This document shows, in pieces, positions 13,254-26,644 of a stretch of 63,721 nucleotides of DNA (positions are counted from its first letter, which is position 1; every line of letters starts with the position of its first letter). Below the pieces are notes generated by a model that was not told the origin of the DNA, searched no databases, and worked only from the letters and a program-made list of their open reading frames with translations. The stretch is from assembly GCF_001194135.2 (NCBI RefSeq), contig NC_068990.1, forward strand, positions 87,822,314 through 87,886,034, written 5' to 3'. This DNA comes from Octopus bimaculoides. Taxonomy: Eukaryota. The translations under genes and the position numbers were made by a program.

Positions 13254-13467
13254 TGGTTTCAAATTTTGACACAAGGCCAGTAATTCTGGGGAAGTGGTAA
13301 ATCGATTACATCGACCTTAGTGTTCAATTGGTACTTATTTTATCGACCTCGAAACGATGAAAGGCAAAGTCAATTTTGGCGGTAATTTGAACTCAGAAAG
13401 TAAAGACGAACGAAATGCTGCCATGCATTTTGTCCAGCGTGTTAATGTTTCTGCCAAATCGCCGTCT
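13254..13467 (-). mobile_element. SINE family A (head GGCGGCGAGCTGGCAGAA)
   Basis: Reverse complement aligns by eye with the copies at 14731, 25393 and 49933, including GAGTTCAAATT..CGCC, the B-box-like motif. Confidence 0.82.
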
Positions 13468-14730
13468 TAAACTCCATTTATATTTAAAAACCCTTTAACT
13501 GCGAGTCACAAGATAGGAATTTCAAAATCAAGAGTTCATCGCATTTTCAAGCACAGTCAATGGAAAAGTTATCCCAAATTTTGGTATGAGTTCTGGTACT
13601 GCAAACACAATGTGGGTCACTGTTTTATTGAATGCAGCGAGTTCCGAGGCCCATGTTTTCCTTATCCGGCTGTAATATTCTTTAGTGCCACGTGCCTTGT
13701 GGCAGGTACCATCGTTAGATAAGTTTTCATCTACCCATGGATGCCTCTAACAATCCTCATCAGATATAAGAGAAACAGTTAAGTCATTGATGGAGATGTG
13801 GCTAGTCTGATTTACAGTTTTCTCTCTTTTCACATATAGAAAAACTTATCTTGACAAAACTCCAACCCTACATCCTTTTAGAATGTAGGTATGTATGTAT
13901 CAATGTATGTATGTATCAATGTATCAATGTATGTACTCCCATAAATGCATTCACGTAGACATATAGATAGATATGTCTTTGTATGTGTATGTGCATATAC
14001 GTACGTGTGTGTATGTTTATATGTGTGTTTGTGCATAAATGTTTGCTTTAATGTAAAGTTTTATATAAAAACAATCAAGCATTAAACTGAAGAATCAATA
14101 CCTTTTCAGTAAAGCGCTATATTTATTTACTTTTACAAAGGAACGGTTCACCTTTTCGTCGTATGTAATTTTATAGATGTAGTCGAAACCTATGAAACGT
14201 TTTATAAAAATCTGAGCTTATGAAATTTGTTTTTAAAGAAAAAACATAATCAACTCTTGCTGACATATATAGCCTAACTTCTGCTTATATATATATATAT
14301 ATATAGCATTGCTTCAGCGTATATATAGCATTGCTTCGACGTATATATAGCATCGCTTCTGCCTGTGTTCCACACGCAATGGTTATCGCCATGCGTTTGA
14401 ATTTGCCACATCATAGCGGTTGTTACATTCCTAATTTCTCGTAAAACTGATTGCTGAGTAATCTCCATATTTTACGTAAGGGAGAGGAGAAAATGAAGAA
14501 GTGAAAAGTCATTCATTTTCGAAAGTCACTCAAAATGCAGGTTACACATTTAATTTATATTTATTTAGTATCTTATTTAATATATTTCTAAATATTTCAA
14601 AGACATATCACATAGAGTATTGGCACATATATGTTGAAAAGTTGTCCACAAACGATAAAGGAAAATATATTTTTCTTCCAGATTGATTAATACAGCCATA
14701 TTTTTTATGCATGTATGTAGCATTACTTAT

Positions 14731-14920
14731 GGTGGCGGCTAGCAGAACCGTTAGCACGCCGGGCGAAATACTTAGCGGTATTTCGACTATCTTCGCGTTC
14801 TGAGTTCAAATTCCGCCGAGGTCGACTGGGTCTTTTATCCTTTCGGGGTCGATAAATTAAGTGCCAGTTGCGTACTGGGGTCATTCTAATCGACTTGCCC
14901 CCCCCCCAAATTCGACTTGT
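14731..14920 (+). mobile_element. SINE family A
   Basis: GGCGGCTAGCAGAACCGTTAGCACGCCGGGCGAAATACTTAGCGGTATTTCG...GAGTTCAAATTCCGCCGAGGTCGAC... Confidence 0.85.
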
Positions 14921-15134
14921 CGGATGTTATAAACTTGTCGGTACTCCACGCCAAGCCTTTGACATGATCAGTCCCTTCTATGGTTTGTGTTTTTCGTGGT
15001 ACGTACCCATATACTATCTTCTCAGTGACCTGGTCCATTTTTCTTCCGATAAATAGATTTTCCATTGCTCCTTGGAAAGAGATCTCTATCAGCTCTTATT
15101 TCATACCTCTTCTCAAATCCAATGTATGTGCGAG

Positions 15135-15415
15135 AGTGATTAGAGCGTCGGGCTCACAATCATGAGGTTGTGAGTTCAATTCAAGGACCGGGTTGTGTGT
15201 TGTGTTCTTGAGCAAGATACTCTATTTCACGTTGATTCACTTCATTCAGCTGTAGAAATGAGTTGCGACGTCACTGGTGCCAAGCTGTGTCAGCCTTGCC
15301 TCATGGATAACATCGGTGGCGTGGAGAAAGGGGGCCGGTATGCATGGGTGACTGCTGGTCTTCCATAAACAACCTTGTCCAGACTTGTGCCTCGGAGGAG
15401 AACTTTCTAGGAGAA
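15135..15415 (+). mobile_element. tRNA-derived SINE with central conserved body
   Basis: GTGATTAGAGCGTCGGGCTCACAATCATGAGGTTGTGAGTTCAATTC head, then GTGTTGTGTTCTTGAGCAAGATACT body. Confidence 0.8.
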
Positions 15416-15424
15416 CTCTCTCTT

Positions 15425-15448
15425 TCTCTACCTATCTATCTATCTATC

Positions 15449-15479
<31 letters not shown>

Positions 15480-15685
15480 CTATCTAACTATCTGTACAGG
15501 TGTGGATATGTGTGTGTGTGTGTGTGTGTGTGCAGGCGTATGTAGGCATGTGAGTGGATGCGTGTGCGTGTGAGCGTCAGTGTGTGCATGCGTGTGTGTG
15601 CGTATGTGTACCAGCATGTATGTGTATGAGTGTATGTGTGTATGCGCACGTGTGTGTATGTGTGTCGCAGTGTGTGTGTGTGCGC

Positions 15686-15718
<33 letters not shown>

Positions 15719-16080
15719 TGTATCTGTACAGATGTGGATATGTGTGTATGTGAGCCTCAGGGTGTGTATGCGTGAATGCGTGTGTGTGCGTGCGTGTGTG
15801 TGCCAGTATGTATGTGTGTGTGAGTGTATTTGTGCATGTGCACTTGTGTGTGTATGTGTGCATGTGTGTGTATGTGAGTGTAGCTGTGCACATGGGGATG
15901 TGTGTATGTTTGTGTAGGCGTATGTAGGCGTGTGAGTGTATGCATGTGTGTGTGTGTGTGTGCGTGCGTGTTTGTGCCAATATGTATATGTATGTCAGTG
16001 TATGTGTGTATGCGCACGTGAGTATGTATGTGTGTCTCTGTGTGTGTGCGTGTGTGTCAGAGAGAGAGAGAGAGAGAGAG
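15425..16080. repeat. Complex (TCTA)/(TG)/(GA) microsatellite with higher-order internal duplications
   Basis: Read directly. TATCTGTACAG(G/A)TGTGGATATG occurs at ~15490 and ~15720. Confidence 0.9.
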
Positions 16081-16409
16081 CGGTCGTCTTATACATGTTA
16101 CATTGGGATTTGAAAAAACTTTAATTAATTTATGTATTATCATTGTAATTAAAAGACAAAAATGTTAGAGACAAGATCCATTCATTGTCATTATTTTCTG
16201 ATAAAAACATAATTTGGATTAGTTGATTATATTGAAATTAACTTCTTTGCTTGCTATTGTGAGATTTTAATGAAGCACAGAGGGAAATTTTAGCGCCTAA
16301 TTGCAAGAATAATCTTTGTTAATTGAAGCTTTTCAACTTACTGTATACTAAGAAATTACTACACACACACATCTACATATACATATGCGTGTGTTTGTGT
16401 GCATGCATG

Positions 16410-16446
<37 letters not shown>

Positions 16447-16500
16447 GTGCATGTATGTATATATGTGTGTGTATCTATACATGCACGTATGTGTGTGTAT

Positions 16501-16534
<34 letters not shown>

Positions 16535-18184
16535 NNNNNNNNNNNNNNNNNNNNNNNNNNNNNNNNNNNNNNNNNNNNNNNNNNNNNNNNNNNNNNNNNN
16601 NNNNNNNNNNNNNNNNNNNNNNNNNNNNNNNNNNNNNNNNNNNNNNNNNNNNNNNNNNNNNNNNNNNNNNNNNNNNNNNNNNNNNNNNNNNNNNNNNNNN
16701 NNNNNNNNNNNNNNNNNNNNNNNNNNNNNNNNNNNNNNNNNNNNNNNNNNNNNNNNNNNNNNNNNNNNNNNNNNNNNNNNNNNNNNNNNNNNNNNNNNNN
16801 NNNNNNNNNNNNNNNNNNNNNNNNNNNNNNNNNNNNNNNNNNNNNNNNNNNNNNNNNNNNNNNNNNNNNNNNNNNNNNNNNNNNNNNNNNNNNNNNNNNN
16901 NNNNNNNNNNNNNNNNNNNNNNNNNNNNNNNNNNNNNNNNNNNNNNNNNNNNNNNNNNNNNNNNNNNNNNNNNNNNNNNNNNNNNNNNNNNNNNNNNNNN
17001 NNNNNNNNNNNNNNNNNNNNNNNNNNNNNNNNNNNNNNNNNNNNNNNNNNNNNNNNNNNNNNNNNNNNNNNNNNNNNNNNNNNNNNNNNNNNNNNNNNNN
17101 NNNNNNNNNNNNNNNNNNNNNNNNNNNNNNNNNNNNNNNNNNNNNNNNNNNNNNNNNNNNNNNNNNNNNNNNNNNNNNNNNNNNNNNNNNNNNNNNNNNN
17201 NNNNNNNNNNNNNNNTTTTTTTTTTTTTTTTTTTTGCAAGAAACAATATTTTAGGATAGAAAACGACCCAGCCGGAATACTTTCTTGTAACCTTTTTAGA
17301 AACACTTTTTATCGCGGTAGTTTTTGTGTTGATACAAGGAAAATTTGAGTTGGTGACAAAAAAAAAAAAATCTGCAAAATGCTAACTTTAAATTGGCATA
17401 ATTTTTTCTATGCTTTTGAATAATTATTTTGTTGTTGAATCAAAACTCCACTCTAGTTTAATGCATTATGTCTTTTAGAAGCAAATTTTTAACTCCAATT
17501 TTTGTGAAATATGTCCTCCCTGTCCACTGTGAGGTACGTCCGATTGACTTTCGTACTTCTCCATCTTTAGAACCCCCTAATTTGACCATCCTAATGCAAA
17601 TTTTGTTCATTTCGTAGATTTTTAACCATTGAGTCTATGAAATTTATGGTTATATTTCTTCATTTTCCAGCTAAATTTTTAGGATGCAGTGTTATAAAAT
17701 ATTCGAATAAAAACATATTTTGGTGTATGAAAACATTACTTTTATATATTGCAACTTTGTCTAAAATAGGTTAAAATATGTATTTACAAAAACTGATAAG
17801 TGGAAAATCATCTGCTTGCACCGAATGTAACCTCCGAAGATGGAAAATCACGGGCAAGTGATATGTTTCTGTAGAAGATTTTCCGTTCATGTATGTTAAT
17901 TTACAAACATACATGACGGTGATGCACGGCATGATAATGATTCACAGCACATTGCCATTATACAAAAGCAGTGTTTGAAAACCTTCTTAGTACTTGAGAT
18001 ATTTTATTATATATCGCTCGAACAAGAATTAATACAAACTATAAAGAGGCCTAATAAAACTAACACAAGAAGGTTAAAGATTGCATTCAAACACTAGCCA
18101 ATGTCAATCTTAAATAAGACAAGAATATCTTAATAGAAGATGCTTGAAAGAATATATTTATGAGTTGAACAGAAAATGGCACCC

Positions 18185-19300
18185 CTGTATAAAGCAACGA
18201 AGGAAAATTGGCATTACTTGTTGCCAATAGAGTTGGGAACTTTAAACCGAAACTAATGATAGTCCATCACTCTGAAAATCCGAAAGTTTGGAAAGAAACA
18301 CAATAGGAATGGTGCCAGTCATTTGGAAAGAAAACGAAAAACACTTGCGATACGGCATCTATGTTTAAGAAATGCTTGTGTTCATTATGTTCCTGCAGTT
18401 AAAGAATATTGTATCAGAAATGATTTATGATTTAACGCGGTGCTAGTATTAGATAATCTTCGTGGATATCCTAAAAAATTCTGAGATCTTTATTCAGTAA
18501 TTAAAAAGGTTATTTTGCGTTCAAACGCCACAAGCCACTAGATCAAACAGTATTATCAACCTTCAAGATCTATTACTGAAGGAAAACCTGTTAAATAAAC
18601 TAACAACGCATCTGATAAAGAAGATCGTACCAACTTAAAAGATTTCCGGAAAAGAAGTAATATCTAGAACGCTATCAATAATATTAGATTCACTCGAGAT
18701 GCGATAAAAGAATGAATAATAGTTGCTGGAAAAATTTATGCTAAGATATCAAACTTTAAACCCTTTTGATATCATGCTTCCGTGGAAATACACTGCCTTT
18801 GTTTCAACTAATTTTGAAAATAATTAAGAATTTAGTAAATAACTTTGTAATTATCAAGCTGGTGTTTGGAGCATAAATTAACAGGAGGTTTTGATGAAAC
18901 GTTTTAATTTAGATTACTGGAAGTATCATAATACCAGGAGTGTTCTCAGGTGCCTTTGTAACAAAAGGGTTAGATTTTGAGGATAATTCTGAAGCTGTTA
19001 CAGAGGAAGTTGTTCAGCTTATAGATAAGCTTGGCTCACAAGTCACCACTGAAATAGTAAACGAGATAATTGTCCCTTATTCATAGCCTCTGATTTTGAA
19101 CGAAACAACTTTGGCTTGTTAGAAAAGGAAAAAAGATGAAGAGATTTACTTCCATCAGGTTTTTAGCTACGAAGAAATTAATGAAGCTTTCTCACCCTTG
19201 AGCAGTTCTTCAATATTATGGAAACATATCACCCAGATGCAATAGAACTATTGATAAAGATACAGCCTGCCACAGACTGTTTTCTCGAGAGAGGTGTGAT
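18185..19300 (+). mobile_element. Degraded Tigger/pogo-family transposase (DDE_1) remnant
   Basis: Across frameshifts: ALLVANRVGNFKPKLMIVHHSENPK...PVIWKENEK...HYVPAVKEYC...VLVLDNLRGYP...PLDQTVLSTFKIYY. This matches the pogo LDN..GHP and QPLDQG.I..FK motifs. Confidence 0.78.
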
Positions 19301-20148
19301 GCTCAGCTAACTTTATAGTTTTAATTTTTTTATTATTAATACATATATGACACTATTGTATAATTATATCAATAATTACAATTAGAAATTGTCATGAGCC
19401 AGCTGCATCCAAGTGTATTAACATTCGAAATTAGTCTAATGGCCCCACAGGGACCATAGAGATTATAAGGATTGATTCTATCGCATTTCTCCTTACATTT
19501 TGGGGATGACACAATCTCTCAGAGAAACCAAGTAAGTTACATAGCAGCGGACTCACCTGATTAATATGTAATGCGATGATTCAATATTCCTACAGTCGTA
19601 CATTCCATGATTTGGAGAAAAGTTCCTCAGCCCCACTAGTTAATAAGTAATTCGATGATTCAGCATTCGGAAACTGAGCTTTCATGATACTTTTTCTGTA
19701 ACATATCTTGTACGAAAACGGCAGACTGCTTACACCCACACATACACATACATATATATTTGTATTATAGTGCATTGTTGTACCATTCAAAACTGTTTAT
19801 TCTTTACATACATACATACATAGATACATACATAGATACATACATACATACATACAAACATACATACATACATATATACATACATACATACATACATATT
19901 TCGCTGTCACTCATAATCGAGTATGAATCAACAGAAAAGGATTTCTTTTTGCAACTACAATGAAGTAATTTTAACAATGTTGTTTTGCTTTTTCGTGGGG
20001 TTAAAGGCTAAAGCTGGTGCCACAATCGTGACCGTAGACATTACAAAATATTCTGGACAAAGATAGTGTAGTAGATCTGCGCTCTAGCTTCTCTTTTCTT
20101 GTTTCATCGAGTTCGACCCTGCAACATTTACTCATTTCTCAGTAGCAC

Positions 20149-20254
<106 letters not shown>

Positions 20255-20455
20255 ATTAATCATTAGCAATAGAAGCAGTATTAATACTAAAATCTTTATA
20301 TCCAACGCAACATGGATGCCTTGTTAAAACACCGAATACTGCGTTATTGGCCTTGAGAGATCTTCTCTTATAAACGCTTGATGCATACAAGTGCGCACAT
20401 AGATAGTAGAGGACAAGAATCGTCTGTTATGGGCGCCAGAATTCCCCGTACCATA

Positions 20456-20688
20456 TGACTGTGGAGGCGCGTGGCTTAATGGTTAGGGAGTTGGACTCAT
20501 AATCGTAAGATTGTAGTTTCGATTCTTGGACCGGGTGATGCGTTGTGTTCTTGAACAAAGCACTTCATTTCACGTTTCTCCAGTCCACTCAGCTGGCAAA
20601 CACGAGTAATCTTGCGACGGACCGGTGTCCCAGGTGGGAAATATATACGCTATGGAAATCGGGAAACCGGCCCTTATGACTCTAGAAG
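20456..20688 (+). mobile_element. tRNA-derived SINE inserted into the left arm, near-perfect 8-bp TSD
   Basis: Head GTGGAGGCGCGTGGCTTAATGGTTAGG...GTTTCGATTC. Flanks are GTACCATA (20448-55) and GTATCATA (20689-96). Confidence 0.85.
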
Positions 20689-20734
20689 GTATCATACGAT
20701 CTCGGTTTACTGGACCTCATCTGTAGGAAGCGCC
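20689..20734 (-). ncRNA. Type I hammerhead ribozyme remnant (mutated core, split by SINE)
   Basis: Minus strand: GGCGC TTCCTA CAGATGA GGTC CAGTA AACC GAGA TCGTATGA T A C. The stem I 3' strand GGGGAA-TTCTG-GCGCC lies on the far side of the SINE. Confidence 0.65.
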
Positions 20735-21060
20735 ACTCACCGCACGTCAGTCAAATCTCACTGCCACCATATGCAGAATACCAGTATCTTTTCAGACACA
20801 GATGTCGCAAATAGCCAGCAGGCTTATTAAAAATTAATTATTTGAGACGGAAACAAGTAATAATACCAAACCGTAATCGTTATATCCAACTTAACAAGGA
20901 TACCTTGTTAGAAGATCGACTACCGTTTGGTATTAATACTGCTTCCCTCGTTAATAATTAATTTTTGATAAGCCTGCTGGCTATTTGCGATATCAGTGAC
21001 TGAAAAGATGCTGGTATTCTATATATTCTGGCAGCGAGATTTGACTGACATACGGTGACC

Positions 21061-21121
21061 GGCGCTTGATACTGATGAGGTCCAGTAGACTGAAATCGCA
21101 TGATATGGGAATTCTGATGCC
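21061..21121 (+). ncRNA. Type I hammerhead ribozyme motif
   Basis: GGCGC TTGATA [CTGATGA] GGTC-CAGTA-GACT [GAAA] TCGCATGA T A TGGGAA TTCTG ATGCC. The core is intact, stem II is 4 bp, stem III is near-palindromic and the triplet is AUA. Stem I is partly decayed in this copy. Confidence 0.75.
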
Positions 21122-21189
21122 CTTGACAGACGATTCTCGTCTGCTACAGTTTATGTGTGTGCTTTCATGCACCAAGCGTCTATAGATAG

Positions 21190-21223
21190 GTAGGATGAGT
21201 AGGTAGGTAGGTAGGTAGGTAGG

Positions 21224-21304
<81 letters not shown>

Positions 21305-21510
21305 GGTTGTTACCTGACGCAGCATCTTCATATTTGGGTATTACAAAACAAAAAAAAACTTTCCAAGACTTAAGAAGGAAAGTTGTGTATAGTGGAGAAA
21401 GATTACAGATACTATTACAAGGAAAGTGTTGCAGGCAAATTCAAAAACAAATGGATGGATGGATGGATGGATGGATGGATGGACGGGCGGACGGACGGAC
21501 GGACGGACCA
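21190..21510. repeat. (TAGG)/(TAGA)n and (GGAT)/(GGAC)n tetranucleotide arrays
   Basis: Read directly. Confidence 0.92.
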
Positions 21511-22859
21511 CTTATGTATGGCGACTTTTGAATCACCCTGTATATTGTGGGTGTGTGGGTGTGTGTGTGACCACGTGTGTATCGTTGGCGATTTTCTTTC
21601 TCCGTCTTCCTTTCTTTGGACTTTTTCAATATTTCTGATGAAGAGCTCCGCTCGAGACGTGAAATCCTCTTTGAAACCTCATGCCATAAAACAAAGCATT
21701 TTGGGGGTGTTTTTAAAAGTAGCAAAACTATTCGCTCCCTCAGTCTGGTCACAACTGATATCTAACATAGCACACACGCAGATTATTACAAAACACTTGG
21801 TAGTAGTTTATTCAGTCGTGTGGTCCGAGTTCAAATCATTCCGAGGTCATCTTTGTCTTTCATCCTTCTAGCGTCGAGATCTATACTGAGATCGCTTTCT
21901 CTGACTACAGTTCATTTTCAAAATGTGAGGCTTTGTGCTTAAATCAGATATCCTTTAATTACGTTACCATTCTAATAGGTAATACTTCAGATGATTCGGT
22001 ATTAATACTTTAACAGCGAGATTAAGTGAGGCAATATAGAGTCAATGGTAAATTAGGCACTAATACATTTATTGTAATGAGCTCAATAACTTTAATTAAT
22101 TAAGATTATAATCGTATTCAGGAGTGATAAACACTGCTATATAATGCATAAATCTACCAAAGGCAAGAGTAGCAACTCAAAATGAAAACATATTTTTTAT
22201 TGGGTTGACACACCAAAGTCCCAATTAATTATAGAATTGAAAATAAGAAATGTGTTGAAGACTCTGAATATGTTTTGCCTCATTAAACCTCGACGGTGAA
22301 GTATGGTTATTCACGTGTCCGTCACTTTAATAGAGAGAAAGGGATATATGCGTATACAGACACCGCACATACACTTGCATTACTACAACAGCATAAAAAC
22401 TAGAGCTAGGAATGACACAGAAATTCTACTATTCAAATTCCGGATGAAACACAGCTCATTTGAACTGCCGATCTACGAGTTGGTTTCTTAATACTTTATC
22501 CATTCACCTATTTTTACACATGCTTCTTCATGTTGGCCATCGGAAAATGTAAAACTATACAATTCAGTTCGTTGTCCACTTATTTAAGACAGTTAACTGA
22601 ATATTGAGGGAGAGGCTATGCGGTGACTTGACCAGAGGCAAACAGTAGCCAGAGCTCCCTCAACCATACCATTCTGTCTTAAGGACTGAAGGACACACAA
22701 ATTTATATTTATCATAATAGTAAAAGATTTATGTTATAAAATACAGTGTTTGGGTTAAATTTGACGATATTTTAGATCTCCTTCTTCACAGGAGCAGCTT
22801 AATGTGTTAGTGAACAGTCAACGACGTTGGAGATTAAAGCTGTGCCTCCACTAATGCAA

Positions 22860-22898
<39 letters not shown>

Positions 22899-22900
<2 letters not shown>

Positions 22901-23020
22901 TCCTGTCTACCAAAGACTCACGAGGTTTTGGCCAACACGACGCACCAAAAGTGCAATGTAGTAAGATCGAACGCAGAAATGAGTGATTGTGACACTAACC
23001 TTCTAACCGCACAACCATGC
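22899..23020 (-). mobile_element. Highly degenerate tRNA-derived SINE 5' module
   Basis: Reverse complement begins GCATGGTTGTGCGGTTAGAAGG and ends near ...TGAGTCTTTGGTAGACAGGAA, like the 12781 copy. Confidence 0.5.
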
Positions 23021-24204
23021 TAAGTTTCTTGGACTGCGGTCCCAGAGTTAGTACCGGTGAGTGAATATAAAGTATTAACCTTACAAACAGATTATCTGGT
23101 TATTTACCTTTTCACGACCTGTGTTCAACAAAAATTTCATGAAAATATTATTGCATTATAAGAGTTTGCACTTCATATGTCGATATAGTCTGAGTTTGTG
23201 TTGATCAATATTATAAAGAAAAATTCTAGTTTCCTAACTCATCTGTGAAAACCACATTATAGCGTTTCTTCATTCTGTGCTATTTATGTTAGAGAAATTT
23301 TCCATAAAGTAGTCCTTTAAAATAACATCGTTGCTATAGAAGTGCAATATTTTTTCGAAGATTAAGAGAACATAAAGTGACTGCAAGGGAAAGTATGGAA
23401 ATGACAGGCAATTAGAAGTGAGGTGGAGAGAAAGAGATTAGGAGAGAGAAAATAAACGAGAGAAAAGTGGAAGAAAGAGACTACCGAAAGACTGAGTGAC
23501 AAAACAGAAAGTGAAAGTATGAGAGAAAAAAAGCGCATATGGGACAGGGAGAGAAAATGAGAGAGAAAAAAGAAAGAGAAAAGGGCAGAAAGAATGAGAG
23601 AGGTTGAGAAAAAGTACGGAGAAACAGTGAACGGAAGAGAACGTAGAAGCACACACATACTCGAAAGGCAGAAGTCAAAATATGAAACAACAAATTCTTT
23701 GAGTAATTTCCCAACAGGTTTGTCTTCATCAACTTTAATGTCTAAATAACAGTTCAACACGACTTAAACATAGAGAAATATTTTACACATCACGAAATGA
23801 AGACTACATTTATGTGAATATTTACCTCATCAGCCCTCGCCTTACACTTCAAACCCCACTGAGAGAACTATTGATGTCTGTTCTAAATGTTCAGGTACTT
23901 TCGCATTCATTATTTCAATGTCTCTCTCTTCTTTCCCTCTCGCTTCTTATCCAATTCCTCTATCAACTCACTAGATATATATATGTATGTATATATATAT
24001 GTATGTGTATATATATATATANNNNNNNNNNNNNNNNNNNNNNNNNNNNNNNNNNNNNNNNNNNNNNNNNNNNNNNNNNNNNNNNNNNNNNNNNNNNNNN
24101 NNNNNNNNNNNNNNNNNNNNNNNNNNNNNNNNNNNNNNNNNNNNNNNNNNNNNNNNNGGAGGGAGGGAGGGATAAATGAATACATTTCTCCGTTTCTCTT
24201 TGCA

Positions 24205-24213
24205 TAGTTAGAC

Positions 24214-24273
<60 letters not shown>

Positions 24274-24278
24274 GGATG

Positions 24279-24341
<63 letters not shown>

Positions 24342-24362
24342 GGATGGATGGATAGATAGACA
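24205..24362. repeat. (GATA)n array
   Basis: Read directly. Confidence 0.95.
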
Positions 24363-24826
24363 GCATGACCAACGAATTGAAAATAAAAACCTCCCTATTT
24401 TGACAAACAGTCATAATAATGCAAACAAGCACAAAACAAAACCGAAGCCAACTAATTGGTTCACGGAAACATGAACGCATCCTTATCATAAATAATGCAA
24501 CGAATTATTATAAATCAATCAAATAAAGTAAAGCCCAAACCGATCCAAACAGAAGAAATAATAGAAAGAACAAACCCATGCCGATGACTATGGAAAGACA
24601 GATATGATCATATACTACAGTTCTCACCGGTCGATTGCGGAAGCATGAAACCCGAATCAAGTAAAAGAACATTTGAAAGGAAACTGCGCATTTGGTTTTC
24701 TCTTGCGCATTTGTATGAGAAAACCCAATGCACACACGCACGCATACACACAAATACACACACACACATATATATATACATATACATTCACACACACAGA
24801 AACACATACACACACACGACACACAC

Positions 24827-24885
<59 letters not shown>

Positions 24886-25014
24886 ATTAACCATCACGAC
24901 GAATTTCACGCTCCCGTACTTCATAGGCAAAGCACACAAGAAAATAGATACGATAAAGAATTTTAAAAAATACGAAAGCATCCAAAAGAGTGTTAAGAAC
25001 TCTTGCAATATTTT

Positions 25015-25129
<115 letters not shown>

Positions 25130-25392
25130 AAGAAAGAGAAAGAAAAATAGAAAGACCAAGAGACAGTCAGACAGAGACACAGCAAGACACACAGAGAGGA
25201 AGAGAGATTATTTTCCTGCGTTTTGTTTGTCTGGGTTAACAGAACAGTTAGGTAGGTGTATGTATAAACCGTTCATCCTGATACTACATGGAAGCACAAA
25301 GTGACAGTTGTGTCTGGGAAGAAATGGTATGAATGCTGGAAATTAAAGCCAGAAAATATAGAGAAAACGTTAATTTTTATGGTATAATATTG

Positions 25393-25610
25393 GTTTCAAA
25401 TTTTGGCACAAGGCCAAGAATTTGTGGGGTCGGGAGAGTGCTAGTGGTTTACATCGACTCCCAGTGTTCAACTGGTACTTAATTTATTGACCCTCGAAAG
25501 GATGAAAGGCAAAGTCGACCTCGGTGCAATTTGAACCAAGAACGTGCAGACAGACGAAATATCGCAAAGCATTTTGCCAGGCGCGCCAACGATTCTGCCA
25601 GCTCGCCGCC
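25393..25610 (-). mobile_element. Full-length SINE family A with 19-bp TSD
   Basis: The head reverse complement ends ...CTGCCAGCTCGCCGCC at 25610. TTTTTATGGTATAATATTG is duplicated at 25374-92 and 25613-31. Confidence 0.88.
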
Positions 25611-26504
25611 TTTTTTTATGGTATAATATTGTCTTCGAATTAAGCATAAAAATTAACAAAGCAAAGGAGTTCTTTAAGTCATTCTTTGACATTTTCCTTT
25701 CAGGGAGACAAAACTGCTAATATGCTAATATTAAAATATTACTTGATTAATCCTGGGCCACACACAACCATATTTGTATGGAAGTTATACAACCAGACTC
25801 CGGTGTTATTGTTCTTATAAAAAGATACGAGTACTTATCGCCCAATAAAGTCTCAATAGCTTAAATCTAAAGTCAAAACTTTTAAATTCCTGTAAATACT
25901 CATTAACTTACTTCTGCTTTACACTTGAAATTCTTTCTTTTGACTGGACACAACTTCTGTACAATTTTGCATTTATTTTGTTAGTTTTCCTAAACCTTTT
26001 GAAGAGCTCTTGCCACTTCCGGCCTTTCCTACATTCGTATGTATTATATACCGTTACTTTGTACCGATTTTCGACTGAATATGTTATACCAACATTTTAT
26101 CATCACTTAATTTTCATTTTTACTGCTATCTGATATATTTTTATTATCAAATTACATTCCTATTATTTATTATTAAGTTACATTTCAACAGATGTTTTTA
26201 AGGCTTATCGTGTATTTTTGGTGCGCAATTCCATGTTTTCGTGTTTTGACACAGGTATGTGTGTGTATGTATGTGGCGTCCTTGTACTTGCGGGAATTTA
26301 TACATGCGTAAGTCAGAACATGAGTGTATGAAAATGTGAGCGCAAGTATTTGCAAGTATGATTATATATGCATATATGTATATGTGTGTTTGTATGGACT
26401 TCTATGTATATTCGTGTATATGTGTATATAAACGTGCGAGTGTGAGAGCGTGTGTGTGTGTTTCACTGTATGCATGTATCTATCTGTTTATCTATTTATC
26501 AATC

Positions 26505-26556
<52 letters not shown>

Positions 26557-26644
26557 NNNNNNNNNNNNNNNNNNNNNNNNNNNNNNNNNNNNNNNNNNNN
26601 NNNNNNNNNNNNNNNNNNNNNNNNNNNNNNNNNNNNNNNTATAT

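Larger units (their letters stand above)
20255..21185. mobile_element. Divergent foldback of a 343-bp hammerhead-bearing repeat (retrozyme-like family 1), left arm interrupted by a SINE
   Basis: The right arm 20903-21185 is the diverged reverse complement of the left arm around the centre TAACAAGG-ATA-CCTTGTTA (20892-20910). TATATCCAAC recurs at 20297 and 20881: 584 bp minus the 241-bp SINE plus TSD gives 343 bp. Homologous to 50686-51150. Confidence 0.85.

Noticed and set aside
13500-13570. IGISKSRVHRIFKH as a Tc1/mariner HTH fragment
   Set aside because: Too short, with no TIR or catalytic motif nearby.
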